Virus record (IMG/VR): IMGVR_UViG_3300008740_000003
Location: 25,497 to 89,496 of that record
Direction: 5' to 3' (one strand)
From: a virus
DNA length: 64,000 bases
A program made the position numbers and the translations under genes. The notes beneath the pieces are model-generated. The model did not search any database. It was given only the letters and a program-made list of their open reading frames with translations, and was not told where the DNA came from. Below, piece by piece: positions 59,872-64,000 of the stretch. The stretch's first letter is position 1. Every line of letters begins with the position of its first letter.

Positions 59872-60894
59872 ATGATAATATGGGGAATAACAGGTAATAG
59901 TCACGATGCAAGTTTATCCGTGATGAAGTGGAGTCCGAATGGTTTAACGGATCATTATAAACTTAAACTGCTTTGGGCAGGACTGTCTAGAGACTTTAGT
60001 GGTAAACCAGGTGATCCAAGTTTAAGTGGCAAGATGTTAGCTTATGTTAGATCAAATCCTAGATGGGCTTTCCCGGCAAAAATTATTTGGTATGAAAAAC
60101 CTTTTTTAAAAAGTTTACGACAGTTATGGGCAGGTCAAGGATTATTATTTCAAGAAAATAATATTAAGAAATATCTAGCTAAAGCAGGTATTCATAAAGT
60201 TCCAATCGAATATGCAAAACATCATCACAGTCATGCGGCTTACGGATATTTTACAGCACCTTTTATTGAAAGAAATGCCGCAATAGTTGTACTAGATAGT
60301 ATAGGAGAATTTCAAACATTTACTATATGGCATGGTAAAAGACATCATTTAAAACAAGTATACTCACAAAGATATCCTCATAGTGTTGGATTATTTTATA
60401 GTGCAATGACTCAACGAGTAGGATTTAAACCAAACGCAGAAGAATATAAAACAGAACAACTTGCTAAAAAAGGTAACTGGAGAGTTCACTATAGAAAATT
60501 TATGGAAGAATTAGTTGATACTAGAATGCCTTTTAGATTAAGAGAAAATTTACATCGGGGAGCTAATTGGTGGAGACCTGAACTAACGTCAGAAGAAGAT
60601 TTAGCCAATATAGCCGCAACTACTCAACATATTTTTGAATTGACTTTAGTTAGTATTAGTGGATGGTGCCAAACAAATATTAAAGCTGATAATGTAGTTT
60701 TTGTAGGTGGTTGTGCATTAAACAAAACTGCTATTAGTAAATTACAACATATATGGGATGACATTTGGATTCCACCAAATCCGGGTGATCCAGGCTCTTG
60801 TATTGGTTCTGTTCTAACAAGGTATCCAAAACACCTTGACTTTGATCCCGATGTATGGTACAATAAGGATAATGGAAAAATCAAGACAAAATAA
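59872..60894 (+). CDS. Carbamoyltransferase, N-terminal (Kae1-like) domain only
   Basis: SHDAS, YEKP, HHHSHAA, LDSIGE, SVGLFYS, GGCALN, GDPGSCIG; no GPRALG/RPFA C-terminal domain. Confidence 0.85.
   Translation: MIIWGITGNSHDASLSVMKWSPNGLTDHYKLKLLWAGLSRDFSGKPGDPSLSGKMLAYVRSNPRWAFPAKIIWYEKPFLKSLRQLWAGQGLLFQENNIKKYLAKAGIHKVPIEYAKHHHSHAAYGYFTAPFIERNAAIVVLDSIGEFQTFTIWHGKRHHLKQVYSQRYPHSVGLFYSAMTQRVGFKPNAEEYKTEQLAKKGNWRVHYRKFMEELVDTRMPFRLRENLHRGANWWRPELTSEEDLANIAATTQHIFELTLVSISGWCQTNIKADNVVFVGGCALNKTAISKLQHIWDDIWIPPNPGDPGSCIGSVLTRYPKHLDFDPDVWYNKDNGKIKTK
60836..60864 (+). promoter_or_regulatory. Sigma70-type promoter of the helicase gene, inside the upstream gene
   Basis: TTGACT-17-TACAAT with extended TG; ATG 60872 is 7 nt downstream. 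Confidence 0.7.
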
Positions 60895-62299
60895 AGAATA
60901 CGGATACGATATTCAAAAAGTTTATCTAGAAATGATGCTAGGAAATGCAGAAGCATTTGTTAGATGTCAATCTATATTTGATCAGTCTTTATTTGATAGA
61001 AAATTACAAAGTGCGGCAGATTATCTTAACAAATATGTTGCTGAACATAATGCATTACCAACACCAGATATGATTAATGCAAATTGTAAAACAGATTTAA
61101 AAGTACCTGAAGGACTTCATGAATCTCATTATGATTGGTTACTAGGAGACTTTGAAACATTTGTTAGACATAAAAGTCTTGAAAGAGCTATATTAAAATC
61201 TGCAGATATGTTAGAAAAAGGTGACTATGGTCCAGTTGAAGACTTGGTTAAAAAGGCAGTCCAAATAGGACTACACAAAGATTTAGGTACAGATTATTTT
61301 AAAGATCCAAAAGAAAGATTAATGAAATTAAAAAATCAGGCTGGTCAAGTTAGTACAGGCTGGTCAACATTAGATAGAAAACTATTTGGCGGATTTAATA
61401 AAGGAGAACTTAATATATTTGCAGGAGGATCAGGTGCAGGTAAATCTTTATTTCTTACAAATTTAGGTTGTAACTGGACATTAGCAGGATTGAATATTTT
61501 ATATATTAGCTTTGAATTAAGTGAAGAATTAATATCAATGAGAATAGATAGTATGCTTACTGACATTCCAACAAAGAAAATTTTTAAAGAATTAGAAGGT
61601 GTTGAAATGAAAGTAAAAATACTTGGCAAGAAAGCTGGTAAATTCCAAATTAAATATTTGCCAAGTGGTAAAAATGCAAACGATATTAGATCATTTATTA
61701 AGGAATATGAAATTAAAACACAAAGCAAAGTAGATGTATTGCTAGTTGATTATTTAGATTTAATGATGCCTATATCTAAAAAAGTATCTCCAAGTGATTT
61801 ATTTGTTAAAGATAAGTTTGTATCAGAAGAATTAAGAAATTTATCAATGGAATTAGGAATTATATTTGTAACTGCATCACAATTGAACAGAGGTTCGGTT
61901 GAAGAAATAGAATTTGATCACTCACATATAGCAGGCGGTATTAGTAAAATACAAACTGCTGATAATGTATTTGGTATATTCACTAGTAGAGCAATGAGAG
62001 AACGTGGAAGATATCAAATACAATTAATGAAAACTAGATCATCTAGTGGTATTGGTAGTAAAATAGATTTAGAATTTGATATAGATTCATTAAGAATTAG
62101 AGATTTAATTGAAGATGAAGACGCTCAAAAATATGATAAACGAGTAGGTCAAGTATATAATACATTAAAGAAAACATCACCAGACCAACCAGAAACAACA
62201 GCCGTTGATCCTAGTAAAGGTACTAGAATACCTCAAGCTAAAACAGAAGGCGATTCTACTAAATTGCGAGAGTTTTTATCTAATCTAGACAAAGAGTAA
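60872..62299 (+). CDS. Replicative DnaB-like helicase (gp41-like)
   Basis: GGSGAGKS, YISFEL, VDYLDLM, TASQLNR, K..TAD, MKTR; start moved from TTG 60836 to ATG 60872. Confidence 0.93.
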   Translation: MEKSRQNKEYGYDIQKVYLEMMLGNAEAFVRCQSIFDQSLFDRKLQSAADYLNKYVAEHNALPTPDMINANCKTDLKVPEGLHESHYDWLLGDFETFVRHKSLERAILKSADMLEKGDYGPVEDLVKKAVQIGLHKDLGTDYFKDPKERLMKLKNQAGQVSTGWSTLDRKLFGGFNKGELNIFAGGSGAGKSLFLTNLGCNWTLAGLNILYISFELSEELISMRIDSMLTDIPTKKIFKELEGVEMKVKILGKKAGKFQIKYLPSGKNANDIRSFIKEYEIKTQSKVDVLLVDYLDLMMPISKKVSPSDLFVKDKFVSEELRNLSMELGIIFVTASQLNRGSVEEIEFDHSHIAGGISKIQTADNVFGIFTSRAMRERGRYQIQLMKTRSSSGIGSKIDLEFDIDSLRIRDLIEDEDAQKYDKRVGQVYNTLKKTSPDQPETTAVDPSKGTRIPQAKTEGDSTKLREFLSNLDKE

Positions 62300-62301
62300 T
62301 A

Positions 62302-62790
62302 ATGAGATTATATAAAAACAAAAGATCCAATATACATAGGAATGGCTTGTCTGCCTCTACTAATATTAAAAAAGGTCAAAGAATTATCCAGTATAAAGGA
62401 AAGAAAATTAGTCACGATAAAGCAGAAACAGATCCAAAGTATGATAACGATAAAGAGATTTACTTGTTTAATTTAAACAAACAGTACGATCTTGATGGTG
62501 ATTTTAAATTTAATACTGCTCGATTAATAAATCATTCCTGTAATCCTAACTGTGAAGTTTTTGATTATAACAGACAATTATGGATTTTTGCTATAAAGAA
62601 TATTAAAAAAGACGAAGAGTTAACTTATGATTATGGGTTTAGTTTTGATAAAACAGACTACAAACAATACCCTTGTAAGTGTGGATCATCTAATTGCGTA
62701 GGTTATATTGTTCGAGAGGGATCAAGATGGCGAATAAGCCGCGAAGCGGTCGTCCGCCAGAAAGTAAGCAGTCGCGAAGCGACGCGGTAG
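62302..62790 (+). CDS. SET-domain protein-lysine methyltransferase with post-SET
   Basis: GL.A...IKKG..I..Y.G, ARLINHSCNPNC, EELTYDY, CKCGSSNC. Confidence 0.92.
   Translation: MRLYKNKRSNIHRNGLSASTNIKKGQRIIQYKGKKISHDKAETDPKYDNDKEIYLFNLNKQYDLDGDFKFNTARLINHSCNPNCEVFDYNRQLWIFAIKNIKKDEELTYDYGFSFDKTDYKQYPCKCGSSNCVGYIVREGSRWRISREAVVRQKVSSREATR
62739..62783. repeat. Two GCGAAGC-core mini-hairpins in a GC-rich islet
   Basis: CCGC-GAA-GCGG (62739-62749) and GTCGC-GAA-GCGAC (62771-62783). Confidence 0.8.
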
Positions 62791-62807
62791 CATTCGGTAA
62801 ACAGATT

Positions 62808-63872
62808 TTATATGATTTTTCTTTTGACGCCTGCACGTTTAACGTCTAATGTACTACAATGTATTCCACCATCCCAATACAAATAATGACGTTGCTCCAC
62901 TACGTGGCAATCGATGTGCAAGGACTTTAGTTTTTCAAACAATTTAGGTATGTGTCTTGCAAACACAATATTGTTTCTATCTAATATTAATACGTTTAAA
63001 TCAAAGCAAACTTCTTGACTGTACCCTCTCCAATTCTCTAAATACTTGTCTAACCAAGCAACATCCATTTTATCTCGTGCTTTAGCATAGTCTTGAATAT
63101 ACCTATCCATTTTTAATTCGGGCAAACAATCACTAACATCTATTAATTTTTTGTTATGCAAACACTTAGGCACCCAATCCATTCCAGCATGAATTACTGT
63201 TTCATCATCTATCATAATAAAGCCGTGGTCAATGTGTCCAAACTCTTTAACTCGTGTACCTTCGTTACTAATAAATCTATATTCAGGTAGCTCACGCTTA
63301 CACCACTCTAATCCAGTTTGACTTCCAGGACCTCGTGTATTAACAATAAATGCATCGCCCGCCTTAAACATTGTAGCTGTATGCCACAACACTCTATCAG
63401 ATAATTTGTCTACATACGTTCTATCACTCATAAACCATTCGTCTGTAGTATTCAAATCCATAAGCATAGGGGCTGGTTGGCTCATCCAACGATAGCCTTC
63501 ACGGAATAATTTTTCAAATATTTCATAATAGCTAATAGCATCAAAGTATCTGTCTGTATAACTTGTATAAGTTTGCATAATGTTTTTACCCATAACCATA
63601 TACTGATCTCTTGGTACGATTGGTGCAATTGGTACATTTATGTTGAACTGTGGCATTTTTACAGCATTATATTTGTAAACATTAGGACGATATACTTCAA
63701 TACCCCCTTTTGTAAGAAAGGTTGATAATGCTTCTAAATCTTGTTTAGTTTCTTCTAGGATATGATTAAATTGTTTAATGTTGCCTTTAGTCAACAAATG
63801 ATCCACGTCTCCAGGAGAGTACGTGTCTCCTACGATTACAGATTGTAATGGATCATATTCTGTGTAGATCAT
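62808..63872 (-). CDS. Amidinotransferase (glycine/inosamine amidinotransferase-like pentein)
   Basis: EYDPLQSVIVG, PRD, GHID, catalytic GGIHCST.D..R. Confidence 0.85.
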   Translation of the reverse strand: MIYTEYDPLQSVIVGDTYSPGDVDHLLTKGNIKQFNHILEETKQDLEALSTFLTKGGIEVYRPNVYKYNAVKMPQFNINVPIAPIVPRDQYMVMGKNIMQTYTSYTDRYFDAISYYEIFEKLFREGYRWMSQPAPMLMDLNTTDEWFMSDRTYVDKLSDRVLWHTATMFKAGDAFIVNTRGPGSQTGLEWCKRELPEYRFISNEGTRVKEFGHIDHGFIMIDDETVIHAGMDWVPKCLHNKKLIDVSDCLPELKMDRYIQDYAKARDKMDVAWLDKYLENWRGYSQEVCFDLNVLILDRNNIVFARHIPKLFEKLKSLHIDCHVVEQRHYLYWDGGIHCSTLDVKRAGVKRKII

Positions 63873-64000
63873 AACATATATCCTTTGTTTATAAAAATTT
63901 GTATGCTGTGTCGCACAACATCTTTATTTGTAATTTGTGTTATTGCGTGGGGGAAGTCTTGTGGATTTAATATTAATCTGTTTGCTATAGGTTCTACAAA
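63869..64000 (-). CDS. C-terminus of a probable 2OG-Fe(II) oxygenase (truncated by the window edge)
   Basis: ...FVEPIANRLILNPQDFPHAITQITNKDVVRHSIQIF...; P..NR...H....R.S pattern; ATGA overlap with the amidinotransferase. Confidence 0.55.
   Translation of the reverse strand, partial: FVEPIANRLILNPQDFPHAITQITNKDVVRHSIQIFINKGYML

Noticed and set aside
59872-60894. Frameshift hiding the carbamoyltransferase C-terminal domain
   Set aside because: The helicase promoter and gene start at the ORF end, leaving no space for a ~200-aa domain.
96-61728. Many antisense or alternate-frame ORFs in the track (e.g. 8723-9214, 11101-11433, 26462-26821, 38324-38785, 61345-61728)
   Set aside because: They lie wholly within well-supported genes, lack SD or motifs, and are shadows of codon bias.
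32784-62299. Inteins or introns in terminase, UvsX, UvsW, primase or helicase
   Set aside because: Lengths and motif spacing are normal, with no splice-junction motifs.
1-64000. Stop-codon reassignment or selenocysteine readthrough
   Set aside because: Core genes are full-length in the standard code, and TAA, TAG and TGA all end genes with tight coupling.
1-64000. CRISPR array, tRNA or rRNA genes
   Set aside because: Intergenic gaps are short; no spaced identical repeats or cloverleaf/T-loop motifs were seen by eye.

Overview
This 64-kb window is part of an AT-rich (~30% GC, estimated by eye), T4-like large myovirus genome that uses the standard genetic code; a marine host such as SAR11 is inferred only. 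Layout: (1) 1-17 kb, + strand, receptor-binding/fibre region with three Cys- and Gly-rich paralogs, a chaperone-like protein, a GT9-like/carbamoyltransferase/GT9-like trio, a structural protein carrying an apparently dead esterase insert, an unannotated 31-aa metallothionein-like peptide and a 2572-aa repeat-rich fibre. (2) 17-23 kb, - strand, ADP-heptose genes (hldE, hldD, cupin, 2OG oxygenase, Nudix) downstream of gp14/gp15-like neck genes. (3) 23-39 kb, gp13, dNMP kinase, sheath, tube, gp4, terminase, gp32, UvsX and UvsY. (4) 39.5-50.7 kb, a 15-gene glycosyltransferase/methyltransferase cassette. (5) 50.7-64 kb, UvsW, a 192-aa mini-DnaE, primase, a half carbamoyltransferase, helicase, a SET-domain protein, twin GCGAAGC hairpins and an amidinotransferase. 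The best candidate for a new system is a phage-encoded module that heptosylates and carbamoylates Cys-rich, probably metal-loaded adhesins. Genome-wide signals are apparently leaderless transcripts from both sigma70-type and TAAATA-type promoters, and strong avoidance of GCWGC. All family calls come from motif recognition by eye; no database search was run.
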